Source of the DNA: Dicyema japonicum
Taxonomy: Eukaryota; Animalia; Dicyemida
Assembly (NCBI GenBank): GCA_011109175.1
Contig: RDEW01000070.1
Span: 104,486 to 168,485 of the forward strand
DNA: 64,000 bases
Direction: 5' to 3'
In this document: positions 39,873-52,110 of the stretch, piece by piece
Position numbering within the stretch: the first letter of the stretch is position 1
Layout: every line of letters starts with the position of its first letter
Notes under the pieces: model-generated
The model's database searches: none
The model's input: the letters and a program-made list of their open reading frames with translations, nothing else
What the model was told of the DNA's origin: nothing
Made by a program: the position numbers and the translations under genes

Positions 39873-40630
39873 TTGAACTATGCATCTCTCCTTGCCTCTA
39901 AGAACAGATGCATTCAATCAGCGACTCAGTCCGCTCAACAAATGCTCGACAAGCAGGAACTATGGCTCTCGAAGTGGAGACTCGACACATCAGCAGCAAA
40001 GTCCTTTGTCACACTGTTTACCATCTACAAAAAACAGCTCTGTATCGAACCAAAAGACTTTATGAAGAACGAAGCTATCTCTATTAACAAAACACCGAAG
40101 ATTCTGGGAGTAACCTTTGATCAGGGACTAACCTTTATCCGGCATGTTGAAAACAAAGTAACTTCTGCTCTGAAAAAAATGAGAATTTTAAAAGTGCTCT
40201 CAAAAACATTTAGAGACCAAACTAATGTCCTTGCCACGATTTATAAACAATTTGTCCGACCAACGATGACGTATGCACGTCCTTCATGGGCAATGCAGAT
40301 GTCACGATCTTCCTCATTGAAATTATCCGCAATCGAGGAGACTGCAATAAAGTTAATTGGACCAGAACATAATATCCAACCCATTGAAAACTTTTTAATC
40401 GAACTACAGCGGAAACTATTAAAGGAAGCTATTCTACAGAGCTGCCCTCTATTCCATATACTATCGAATTATCTACAATCATACAGAAATTTTGAGCCTA
40501 TGCCATGTCCAATAAGAAAAGCTGTTCAGGATTCTCGATCCCGCCGGACTCGTCCTCACCTTTGTCGGTCTGGGATCACTTAGTTAGATGAGAACTTTTA
40601 TTTCTTTCTCTTTGACCAGTGATCCTGGGA
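39873..40630 (+). mobile_element. I-group LINE RT C-terminal fragment with internal deletion
   Basis: WLSKWRL..SAAKSFVTLFT, KTPKILGVTFDQGLTF..HV, LATIYKQFVRP.MTYA.P.W. Ends in GGGATCACTTAGTTAG. Confidence 0.75.
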
Positions 40631-41663
40631 AGTAATAATAATCTCTTACGCATGTGATATCTGGGGCCCATTCATCTCTTAAACAAATGTCTTGAAGATT
40701 AAGGCTATCGCAAAAAAAGCTTTCAAAATCACGGAACTCTGGGTTCTGAAGCGTTGCAGCCACCAATGCCTCTTGAAGCCATGATACGGATGAACCATGA
40801 AACTCAAGCATATTAAAAATTTGTTGACAATAAAGAATGATAAATAATATAGAAAACATACTAATATAGCTAATTCTGACTCCATTAACCACAAACAAAG
40901 TCATATTAATAATCATCACAAATGTGCAGTTTCAACTGATTATTCTTTGTGTTCTGTCAATTTTGGGAGGAACGAGATTCGAATTTAGATCGTAAACGAA
41001 TCTGTTCGTTGTTAAGAATTTTAGGTTTCTAATGTCTCTGACTCCGTCACGTCAACTATCCCCATAAGAAAAATGAAGACAACGTTTAATCTAAACATAT
41101 CTCGCAATAGAGGTACGTCACCAACTCAACATTTAGACGAGATGACTAACTGCTATTTAAATTTCTATTCAAACAAGTGATCTTCTGTATTTCACGCTCT
41201 TCTGATCTTTGGATTCCTTATAAGCATGACCTGGGTCTGAGACTGAAGCGGCCAATTTTTTATGAAAGTATGTATCAACCTACGTAACGTCCTAAAACAG
41301 GTTCCGACCATTAGCAATAGGTAATGTTGTCTCAGTGTCTGAGCGTTTGCCATCTTTTCGGGTGAGACCAACTGGCTCCTAAATGAGGTGGCAATTCATA
41401 AACTGCATTTCATTTCCATGGATAACGTTGATTTCTGTATTTATTGTTAACCAATTTTAACTAAAAATCAAGATTTGGTAAAAATCAGCGTTTCTTAATT
41501 TTAATTCTACCAATCCATTCGCTGATTTTGAGATTATCTTAAATTTTTCTCAAAAAACCGCAAACATTAAACGGATCGATGACCACAAATATTACAGTTA
41601 TAAGAAAATTTTCATAAAATCTCATTAAATATTGATAATAAGAGCATTTGAATATATAATTTT

Positions 41664-42602
41664 TTGATGAGATTTAAAACACTTTTCTATCACAAAAGAA
41701 ATATTTTGATTTTGATAATTTTTTTGACAGCGATTTATGTTTGTAAATATTTCAAGGTAACGAAGACTTACAAAATTTATAATGTCACCAGAGAGACAAA
41801 TAATGACGAGATCTTATTGGTCAGTGCATGTTACGATATTGGAAGAGTTGCAAAATATGGCTTTACTCGTAAACCAACCGATTATTATAAACTTATGAAA
41901 AACTTTTTCTACATAAAAAACCATCTTGTGTTTTATTCAGATGATCAGAGTATTCTTAATTACATGAAAGCGATCAGAAGAGATCTTCCTACAACTCTGA
42001 TATACTTGGACAGAAAAGAACTGCTTGGTTTTAAAAATATTGATGAAATAAAACATATTTTCACCCTTCCTGGGTTCGGTAAATTTTTTTTGGAGACTGC
42101 AAATTATAAATACGCTGCAATCGTGAATTCTAAGGTTGATTTTCTAAAACGAACAATCAAACTCTTTTCAGAAAATTTTTCATATATTGCTTGGATTGAT
42201 GCCGGTTATTTGCGAGACGAAAAGTTTACAGAAGAGATCATGTTGAAAAAATCGAAGTACATTGATGATACACGAGTGACTACTAGTATAGTTGTTCCTT
42301 TCGGTGATTACTCAATGGAAGCAATCATCAAAAAGGCATTAGTGTGGATTCCTGGAGGGTTTTATATTGGTCAGATTAGTATAATTAACGAATTTTGTGA
42401 AGCTTACGAAAAATTCTTTTACGAACTATTATCGAAGAATTTAATTGCGACTGATGAACAAGTACTATTCGCAATGTTTACGACCGAGGGACTTAAATTA
42501 AGGAGTGATTCTGTAAAACTGAATATATTTCATTGTAATTATTTTGGACTTATTTCACTTCTAACTAATGTGACTACGTCCACTCTCTGTCATTCTCTAT
42601 GA
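41664..42602 (+). CDS. HtrL/YibB-family putative glycosyltransferase, copy 2, intact, 312 aa, intronless, predicted type II membrane protein
   Basis: LVSACYDIGR, KNHLVFYSD, IRRDLPTTLIY, Y..IVNSK..FLK..I, IAWIDAGY, WIPGGFYIG, FYELL...LIATDEQ follow E. coli HtrL motifs in order (VTAFFDIGR, ENEMIIFTS, IRNGKPTTVI, AWIDFGY, IIGG, DDDQ). N-terminal basic residues precede a hydrophobic stretch (ILILIIFLTAIYV). Confidence 0.8.
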   Translation: MMRFKTLFYHKRNILILIIFLTAIYVCKYFKVTKTYKIYNVTRETNNDEILLVSACYDIGRVAKYGFTRKPTDYYKLMKNFFYIKNHLVFYSDDQSILNYMKAIRRDLPTTLIYLDRKELLGFKNIDEIKHIFTLPGFGKFFLETANYKYAAIVNSKVDFLKRTIKLFSENFSYIAWIDAGYLRDEKFTEEIMLKKSKYIDDTRVTTSIVVPFGDYSMEAIIKKALVWIPGGFYIGQISIINEFCEAYEKFFYELLSKNLIATDEQVLFAMFTTEGLKLRSDSVKLNIFHCNYFGLISLLTNVTTSTLCHSL

Positions 42603-43128
42603 TTCGCTTTATTAGGAATATTTATTTGATTTATATTTTTACATATTCATTTTTGAAAATAATTGTTTTTTTTGTTCACAATGAAAGTTGTGCGAAAATT
42701 AATGTAATAATCAAAGTTCCAAGTGTTGATCAGAAGCTATAGGTAGCGACGTATCCCTATTTATATATGATTACTTCGCTTCATGATAGACGAAAGCTTT
42801 AATCTTTCCTTATCCGCTTGCATAGACCGAATGGTGACTCAGGACATTTGTGAAAACAGGATTTGTGGACATAGAACGTGTTGAAGGCATGTATGATTCA
42901 GATTTGAATATAACCGGCCTAAAATTGATGGAAATTGGAAGACTATCAGTCAGAAGGCTGCAAACCTTACAGCCCAGAAGATTTTTGAATTCAATCAATA
43001 TTTTAAAACGATTTGGAAACTGTTTTTATGCTTTTAAATTATCATAATAACAACTAGAGATCAACATTTCAGTAAGAATTATTCTTGTCATTTTCAGCAC
43101 TCTTACGTTTAGATGAAATGTTTTTGGC

Positions 43129-43215
43129 CAGGCATGTCAAACACGCGAACCTTTGAAAGCAGGCATGGATTGTTATACAGATGATGCCATCGAGGCGGGC
43201 CGCGTCATTAAAACG
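43129..43215 (+). mobile_element. hAT/Charlie-type terminal sequence
   Basis: CAGGCATGTCAAACACGCG, repeated at 63934. Resembles Charlie-like TIR starts. Confidence 0.45.
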
Positions 43216-43399
43216 AGACCACCGAAGAAAAGTAGTGTATCTCTGTCAATGGCGTAAAATTGTTAAGCCGCAGTTATGAGCGTTCTATGTGGTCAGAAGA
43301 TGTACATACGCTTAATAACACGAAAAATTCGTAGAATTAGGCAACCCTTATAAACGAACATCCCGGAATTCTATTCTTTGGATCCACGATCTAGATATT

Positions 43400-43726
43400 T
43401 ATTTATTTATTAACCCCGGATACACCGAGAAAGAAGTTAAAGTAAACAACTAATTAAGTGTATCCAGTTTCCACTTCTACAGAGTCCATCCGGAATCAGC
43501 ATAAAAAGTAAGACGTCCATTACATGCAGTTGTGGAAACCCCTCCAGTGGAGTGGGGAAGAGCAAATGATCCTTTTTCGTGCCGGCCTGGCACTGGGCGT
43601 CACCTAGACAGGTGGATCACATGACGCCACTCTATTAGGAAGAGAGAGGAGGAACAGACAAGCAAGCAGAAAACTTCAACCAATTAACCACGCAGCACCA
43701 CATGGCGCCACGCGGCGTGAGAATTC
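43400..43726 (-). mobile_element. Short LINE-derived retroposon, copy 2
   Basis: Flanked by the 9-bp direct repeat CTAGATATT (43391-43399, 43727-43735). (TAAA)n tail. Nearly identical to 2051-2372. Confidence 0.8.
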
Positions 43727-43809
43727 CTAGATATTGCTGTGTGTATTACTGTACATCTGAGTTAACTTAATTTGAATTTTATTAAACTTTTTTATTTAAT
43801 GCAAAAACT

Positions 43810-44160
43810 AACAATTAATAACTAATGGCTGCTCTCATAATTGAGAACGCACATTCCCTGATGATTTGCAAGAAAATGCGTCAATTAGCAAGCTCCCTTT
43901 CTCCTATCATTTTTTCTCTTCGCGATGAAAAATCGATTTTGTATATCAGTTCAGCGGGTCAGTCACCTGCTTCTTACATCTACAGCGATGGATCGCACAA
44001 ACATTCATTCCGAAACAGACGGAGACCTCGATTCTTCAATAGTGTCTCAAGTGAGGTACATGGTAATGCTCTGAGCATGCACCACTCTCGTTCGTCGATG
44101 AAAAAGCCAGACAATACTTGTCAAGTTCAGGTTTATCTTCTATATGATATATGAGCATAA
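43810..44160 (-). mobile_element. Decayed CRE-like 3' remnant
   Basis: The minus strand shows HRCRC and an IIRECAFSIMRAA terminus. The plus-strand ORF 43825-44154 is its antisense. Confidence 0.5.
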
Positions 44161-45456
44161 AAGCTTGTCCCAGTCTCATTGTTTATAAGAGTTCTTCCGG
44201 AACCTCACACTCAGTCTCGTCCAGACTTCCCGATCCATGTACGTCACTAGTTCAGCGTCCGTTCAGTTAATGTAGCGTAGGATCTGGTGTATGAGACCAG
44301 TGGAAGCATATTCCGAAGATAGAAAAGCTAGAGAGCGATTTCTAATGTGACGTTGTCCCATCTTGTCCGCGCATGATCGTTCAGGGCGGATGACTGAAAT
44401 TACGGTGGAGCTTTCTCGCATTATGGAGTCCAGTCTCATAAGGATATCCAGAGGCGTTGGTCCGGTTAGATGTCCACCACAAATAAAATAACCTTTACTC
44501 TGATAACCCTCTCTTGCATTTCGTCTATCATCCTCATATGTGTCCAAAATATGGGAGGTCTCCACGAGGCGCATGCATATGAAACATAGCTCGATGAACT
44601 GTCTGCACACGTTAATAAAGGCCGGGTGAGTACCGATTTTCCTTTTACGACGTTCAGTTTTTTTTCACGCTTCAAAAGCATATTTTCTATTTGTGATAGA
44701 CAGAAATACATATCAAGTGTCATTCCCAAGATCCTTTGACATCTGTTGAAATGGATATCGACCTTATTTCACTACAAATAACTGTCTTACTTCCCAATTT
44801 TTTTTCTGAGGTAAAAAAGATGTGGTCGACTTTTTTGCATTTATATGAGTCGGTTCTCTATTATTCAGGCGTTGAGCCGGTCAAGGTTAATTTGTATTCT
44901 TTCTGAATTCCCCGATCTCGCGAAGCAAAAGCAATATCGTCTGCATAAGAGAAAACAATATTATTGGATAAAGGAGTCGGGAGAACGACCATAAAAATGT
45001 TAAACAGAGCAGGGGATAACGAAGATCCTCGAAGGATTCCGTTGGGGAAGAGACGTGAGATAAATTTCAGACATCTGAGACATGCACGTCATATTCGTCC
45101 ACTTAGGAAATTTGTAATTTATCTAGGAAATATATAGATTGGCTGTTTATAAGACATTCATGGAAAAAATAAAAAATGTCCTAATTTTCCAATTTTTCAC
45201 TCCATCGACTTATTTGTCGCGAAGTAGCCTCCCGTAGTAGCTATTGAGATCTACGATTTAGTAAGTGGGGGTAAAAAATTTGCCTCAAAAAGCGAAGGTG
45301 ACCCAAAAGTGAGGGTAACTTACAATATTTATTTTTAACTTATATACATTATTTAATAATGAAATTATAATATCGAAATAAATCTAATCTCTAATTTATT
45401 TTTACATATTTAACTTGTTTTCGTCACTAAAATATATAAACTTTCTGTTTTAAATA

Positions 45457-46585
45457 CAGTTCAACCCCTGCCCCAATAAAAAATGTCCCAATCACAGAGT
45501 AAAATAATTTAACCTTTTGTCAATACTATTTTTTAATTTTTTTAAAATTAAATAGCATATTAAAAATAAAAAAAACCATTTTATTTATTATTTGAAATAC
45601 TAATGGCTAATTTTGAATAATTTATTTTTCCCTAATTTCTTGGAGACGTTCAATCTAAAATCATAAATTCTTTAAGTGTTTCAGAACAAACATTAAATGA
45701 TGAATTTTGACAAATGTGACATCGAGCATTATACAAAAGAATTAAAATTTATTGATTCTGTAAGAACATTTCAATATTAATTATTTTGTAACCTATTAAA
45801 GATATAACTATTCAAACATGAATTATTGGATGTATGTAACCTATATGTTTAATTTAACTCCATAATCTTCAGTTCTTATATTTTAAGGCATCTCGGTGAT
45901 TTAAACTTTCTAATAACTAACGGTTTTAACTTTTCACGTTTAATACTACTGATATCTTTACAGATTTTTCACCAAAATAATGTCCATCTATAGTGACAAA
46001 AGATTTATTTGAATTCTTTTGAACGAAAAAGCAAGTTTCATCATCTTCCATATTTAACTTGGTCAAAAACTTGCCATAGTGTTCCCATAATTTTTAATTG
46101 AATTTTTGTCGATGGAATTCTTTCACCAAATTATTTTTAAAGATAGTTCACGACGTTTCTTAAAACAATTGAGCTATCCATTTGAGCCTTTGAAATTTTA
46201 AACTTTATCCGTGTTGCGATAGTTCTGGCAATTTTTTAAATTAAGTATTTGGATACTAAATCGAATCCTTTTTTAATCTCAATTTTTATTCTAGATACTG
46301 TTCCATCTTAACTTTAAATATCTTAGATATTTCCCTTTCAAACATAGAACTCCTTTCTAAAGCTTCATAATTTTTTTTGTTTTTTTAGCATGGTTTAAAA
46401 TTTGCAGCTATAATTTAGAATAAAATAATAATTAAAATTTTTATTTAATAAAAATGCCCCATTAAGCGTGGTCGATGATTTTTATTTGTTATTTTTCTCA
46501 TGGTCGGAAAAAAATAAACTGTAATACAATGAACTTTATAAAAAAGTGCCCCAAGCCGGAGTTCTATTGAGGCGAGGTTGTACTG
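45457..46585 (-). mobile_element. pogo/Tigger-like DNA transposon remnant with imperfect TIRs
   Basis: Left end TA-CAGTTCAACCCCTGCCCCAATA; right end (reverse complement) CAGTACAACCTCGCCTCAATAG. The minus strand carries DDETCFF and EKLKPLVIRKFKSPRC, typical of DDE_1 transposases. Confidence 0.6.
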
Positions 46586-46900
46586 TTTTATTATGATTAT
46601 CATCACTTTCACGAGAGCCATAATATTTATGTGCAGCAAAAAATTTAAGAGAATTGGTTAGGTTGCTCCAAAATCTTCTGTTCTTAGCTAGGTCCCTCAG
46701 TGAGTCCAGATCGTCACCAGATGACAATGCTTTCTTCACGGGTATCAGATCGTTTCGTGGAACTACCGGGAGGGTAGTTTTCAATTTTCCACAAAAGTGT
46801 TTTACATTAGAGAAGTAGTAGTACATTAGAGGATCTTCCATTGCGATATTCGGGGAGATTTCGAGTCCAACCTCGGGACGTGTCCAAAAAGTATCTAACG
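46586..46900 (-). mobile_element. RTE-clade 3' fragment abutting the Tigger TIR
   Basis: AMEDP..YYF, TTLPVV, DDLDSLRDLAKNRRFW. The 3' end TATGGCTCTCGTGAAA is shared with the SINE. Confidence 0.75.
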
Positions 46901-47366
46901 AGAGCTAATCTCGTGACTTAATGATGTACAGTCACACTTATTGTACAGTCCATTCCGCGAGATCTTGGATGGCCAGGACATTCCAGTCATGTTTCTTAGA
47001 TGATTCCTGTGAATAAAGTCTAGCCTCTTCAATTCCTCTTTGGAGGTGGCCCAGGTCCCAGAGTTGTATAGGAAGATTGATTGTACAGTATATTTAAAAA
47101 ATTATTAACAAAGTCCTTATTTTTGGGTTTCTTCCTGCTTTTAAAACTTTCCCCAATTTAAGTCTAAAGCCGAAGTAGTAAAAAGTGCCGAGGTGATGCA
47201 TTGTATTTCATTTTTTCAAACTTTTCCATAGATTCTTGTATCTCGTCGATTATAAATTCACGAAAACTAATTCTTTCATTCTGTGTAGGAATTTTATTTT
47301 ATAGAGCATTATCGTCTCTGCGACCTTCTTCGTTACTCGTAATTACTTGTATAATTTCATATAATT

Positions 47367-47900
47367 TTATATATCGTTACTTGCAATAATATTTTCAACT
47401 AATTCAAGAATTGTGTCTTTATCTTTTATCTTTTCCCGGCAGTTTTTGATTGTATTTTCAGTAATTTCTGACCATGCCAAACCGAAAAATTTGATAACTT
47501 CTCTCAAATTAATTTTATTTAAGCACTTAACAGCGATAGTTTGGTCTTCAAATATGAGAGGACATACAACTAAATTACTTATGTAATGCATTTGAAAAAC
47601 TTGATGATTCTCATATCAACTGCTTGGTTAAGGGATCTTGTGTTTTTTAGCAAACAAATATTTTAATATTAGAATATTAAGAATATTGGTGACAACTTTC
47701 GATTTTCCCCACTATCTGTTTTGAAAAACAATTCATGTCTCTTTTGAACTGGTTAAGCAAACCAATTTGACGCTTTGAATTGGGTAAAATTTATTTTTTT
47801 AAATGTTTTTCGCAATCCCTTTTAACGTGGTTCCAGAAACTGAAAAATAATTTTTTCTTTAGCGGCTAAAAAACTTTATATTACATCATCAAATAAATTG
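47367..47900 (-). mobile_element. pogo/Tigger DDE transposase remnant
   Basis: INLREVIKFFGLAWSEITENTIKNC, plus a degenerate DN..H / LD..II segment upstream. Confidence 0.5.
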
Positions 47901-48159
47901 CATTGATTTGAGGACTCTGAACTCAAAAAACTCAGTTTCTTGAACTTGAACTGATCCCGTATTCAGCAGCGAAATAACCTAACATATACAGAATTAAAGA
48001 TGGACCTTTAATAGTTTTATATTTCTTGACTAGTTCTTTTTTAGATAATTCATTATTTTGTAATAATATGGCAATTTTAACTTTAGTGTCAAAACTGAGT
48101 TTAACAGGCATCTAACAGCATCCACTATGAAAATAATGAAAAAGCACACTTGTAATGTA

Positions 48160-48800
48160 TATTATTATTATAAAGCACAACGTCTTGCCATTGGAAATGA
48201 CAAAACCAGTGCAGTACAAAACATTAATTTTTTAGTTAATTTTCTCCACTTTCCACGATCCTGAGCCAAATCCCTCAAGTAATCCAGGTCATCTCCTGTA
48301 GTTAGAGATAATCCTATTCTCTTCAGGTCTTCATTCAGTGTCGTTGCCAGTAATGCTCTCGGACGTCCTCGGAACTTCACCTCTTCGGTTTGAAAGTATT
48401 CCTCCATGGCAACATTAGCTGGAGTTTCGATATTTTTCCGTAGAATGTGTCCAAATAGGCTCCAACGAAATTCCATGATGTCTAGTGAAATCGGTTTAGA
48501 AGACGTAATAGAGTATAGTTCTTGACTTCTTGTTCTCATACGGTCCCAGCACGAATGAATCTTCCGTAGTTGTCCCCGATGGAAGGAGTTTAGTTTTTCA
48601 ATGTCATTAAGGGTTAATGACCAAAAACTTGCATTATATAGGAGTATTGGTTTGACTAACGAATTGTATAGTCGAGTTCTGATCTCTCGATTCAAGCCCT
48701 TCTTTCTTAGAAACCAATTTCTTTTCAAGTTGTATAAGGCCGTATTTGCTTTAATCTTCCGTGCAATGATGTCCTTCTTTATCTCCAAGCAGGGATCCCA
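48160..48800 (-). mobile_element. RTE-clade 3' fragment (206-aa open frame)
   Basis: RLYNSLVKPILLYNA..W, LNSFHR.QLR, RWSLFGHILR, FRGRPR, DLDYLRDLA..R..W, then a TAA tail. Confidence 0.85.
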
Positions 48801-51399
48801 GCTTTTTGTAATGTATACTTGTAATGTATATTATAAATAAAATAATTTTTTAATCAAAAGTAATTAAATAAATTAAAGCGGGGTCATTAAATTTGCTCAT
48901 AAAAATAAAAATTGGAAGAAATTCTTCATCAAAATAAATTGCCTCAAATGCGGGGTACCCTATAGCCGGGTTTGCCCCAAACCAGAGTCCGACTTTATAC
49001 AAAGAAAGAAAATAATAATAACCGAACTAATCAGGTGATCTCTCATCACTCTTACCATTTTATTCTGTGCTTTCGAAAAACCCAACCGTTTTTCTGAAAT
49101 CTCTGACTTTGTGCCTACACAGCCGTAGAGTTCAGGAGGATGTATTTAATCTTTTGTATGGTGAAACTGCTCTTCGAATGAATAATGTAGGAGAGTAACA
49201 ATAATCGGACGAGAATTCCTTCAAGTAAGTGTTACTTGTTATGTAATACTCCCGTCATGACACTCTTAGTGATTAGAGATTCAAGAATTACAATGTCTTC
49301 ATCAGTAGTAGAAATTTTTATTGGCAGTAATGTTGTAAAAATACTATACCTCATGAAAACTCTCTCATCGTCGAAAAGTCCACAATTGAATATTTCGAAT
49401 TTATTTTTATTAAATTCTAAACCTGCTATTGACGGGACTGGAATCGATACCTTCGAATATCAGAAGGCAATATCTGAAATTCCTCAGATAACTGGATCTT
49501 TAAATACCATAGATTGAGTGACAAACAGGTAAGTTTGGTGATTTTCTCAATTGCAAGACAGAATAGTAAAAGTCAAGAAAGACCCTCCTTGCTACCTCTC
49601 AGGGGACGAGAGGATTTAATAATCTTTGAAGAGTAGGGATAACGGTGACTATAGGAATGATTGACTAATCGAATATATTAAGGGATCTTTCCGCACACAA
49701 CTTTTGAATATTATCTCTCCCTAAAAAAATTTCCTGATATCCAATTCGAAGAGAATTTGTCCTCGGAAATATTTCATGCTGTGGTTTTTGAAAATTCGAA
49801 CGGAGTGAACAGCGACTTGGTATCCGAGTCGTACTCTTAAGGGGGGCTTTAGAATTTTGCTATAAGACGAATAGAAAATCGGGAGAAATATTGGGAGCAA
49901 ACATTTTAAAGAAGAACGCGATCCCGAACAGGCTCACTCCACTTCACACTTTATCGAAAGCGATAAGGTTGGCCGAAAACAAGGCGGAGTGGACGGATTC
50001 GTTAAATCTTTCAGACAAAATCCAATTCGTGAGGTAATTTGATTTGTATCACGGAGTTCATTGATCTCCAAAAGATAGTGACTTGATGCCACGGATTCCA
50101 TCATAGAATGACTTTGTACAAACAGAAAAAACTTTAGTTTTCTTGCTAGAAATTCGAATTTTTCGTATTTTGTTATAGAGAGCTCGGAATGTGAATTCCT
50201 TTTGTAAAAGAACGGATGTTAGTTTTTATGGTAGCAGCAAGAGACCCCTTTCCATCACAATCTCGAGAATGTCAAAGGAAGGCTTAAAACTGAGCAGACA
50301 CGTCTAGTCCTGTATCGAGTTAGTCTGGAGGAGATCTTTAGAATCCTCATCAGGAAAGTCCGTGAAGAACGTCACCGGAAATTAGACTAAGATTAATTCC
50401 AGATCCATGGTTGTTGGATGACTAGAAGACGAATTATGACGCCACTCAAGTAGAAGGGAGAAGAGAAACAGACGAAAGAAACAGATATGTTCAATCAGGT
50501 AGTCACATGGCACCACGATAACGTGACACCACGCGGCTTCGCTTATAAGGTTTAATTCTTGCTAATTTTGCTAATTCCTATATAAGAGTTTTGTGTGTTA
50601 TATTAAATAAAATATTTAATTTAATTTTAAAAAATAAAATACACTATATTCTAGTTTCGTGTTGAATTAGTGACGTGGTTCTAAAAACTATGTTTTTTTC
50701 ATCCATTTCGATTAAATTTTCACATTAACGTCATTCAATGCTCGAGAGTTAAGAAAAAACTTAAAAGAGAGGATTTGGTAATTTATTTATCATATAAAGT
50801 GTGACATACAGGAGACTTTAGTAAAGATGCAGTTGAGGAATAGTGAGACTTTATACTTATACTTCTAAACTCACATTGAAACCACTGCGGACATGACTTT
50901 GTTATACATAATGGTTATTGATAGAATTGCATTTCTACAGATTAAGTGGGAGGAAAGATATTTCCTCTACATCCCTAATCTACTCATCCAAAATGGCGAA
51001 GGTGTCTACTAGTGGAGATAGAATTTTATTTCAAAGTTAATTGACTGCTTCCCTAATTGAAGGTTTCCGGATTCGATGCTGTATATATCTTCTTTATCAT
51101 GAAGTTCGATTTTCTTCACTAATATTTATTTTAGGAGATCAGAGATATCATTAATGGGAAAAGTCACCAGAAAAGATGGTTTTATACGGGGATTACATAT
51201 CTAATTACAATGAAAAAGAACTCTGTTACTCAAAGGACTTTAGACCGAGTACATGTATACTATGTTCATACAAGGTGGTTATGAACTGTGTCAACGTAAA
51301 AAAATATCTATTTGCTGACACTTACGATTTAATTACGGAGTACCAGCTTGGGACCAAGCAAATTGACAAAACGGCCATCCTATTTTTAGCAAATTGACA

Positions 51400-52110
51400 A
51401 AACTTATATCAGATAAATATGTTGGAATAAATCATGATGTTATTCGCAGATTTATATCAAATTGCGATTCCTCGCAAGTTTTAATTCTCTAAAAACATCT
51501 GAAGAAATCAAAATGCTCACTGTCTCCAAAAATTATGAACGATTTATGGCTGATTGCATCGATCTTAGAAGATATGCTTCGGACAATAATGACTTCAAAT
51601 AAATTTTAACAATGATCGATTGTCTCTCCAAGTATGCCTGGGCATTTCCGGTTTTAATAAAATGGCGGAAAATGTAAAAACATCATTGGAACATCTTTTT
51701 CTGACGGTTGGTCCACCAGTGTCATTACATACTGATAACGGAAATGAATTCCGTTATTCAATTATGACTAATTTTCTCAGCGAGTGGAAAGTCAAACCAA
51801 TTCACGGAAGGCCTAGAAATCATAAATCACAGGGTCAAGTCGAACGTTATAACCAAACGCTTAAACGTTGATTGCAAAAACACTATTCGAAACAAGATCA
51901 ACAAAGTGGGTTGATATTTTGGAAAAAACCGTATACAAACATAATGTATCTTGCCATCGTGCGACGGGTAAATCGCCGTTTAATGGCTTTCCAGGTTTCA
52001 ATGTTGGTGCAGTATCTGACTTGGAACTATCAGTTGAGTCAACTGAGAAATGTAATAAGGAGGTTAGATACATTTGGAGAAATATAAGAACTAAACAAAG
52101 AAAACGCCAA
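51400..52110 (+). mobile_element. Retroviral-type (rve) DDE integrase remnant, Ginger/GIN-like
   Basis: CIDL, IDCLSKYAWAFP, LHTDNGNEF, HGRPRNHKSQGQVERYNQTLK, W..IL...HN...H.ATGKSPF. Several frameshifts. Confidence 0.75.

Noticed and set aside
40584-40919. 111-aa minus-strand ORF upstream of HtrL copy 2
   Set aside because: No recognisable motif. Its start is AT-rich low-complexity sequence and its end overlaps a LINE tail.
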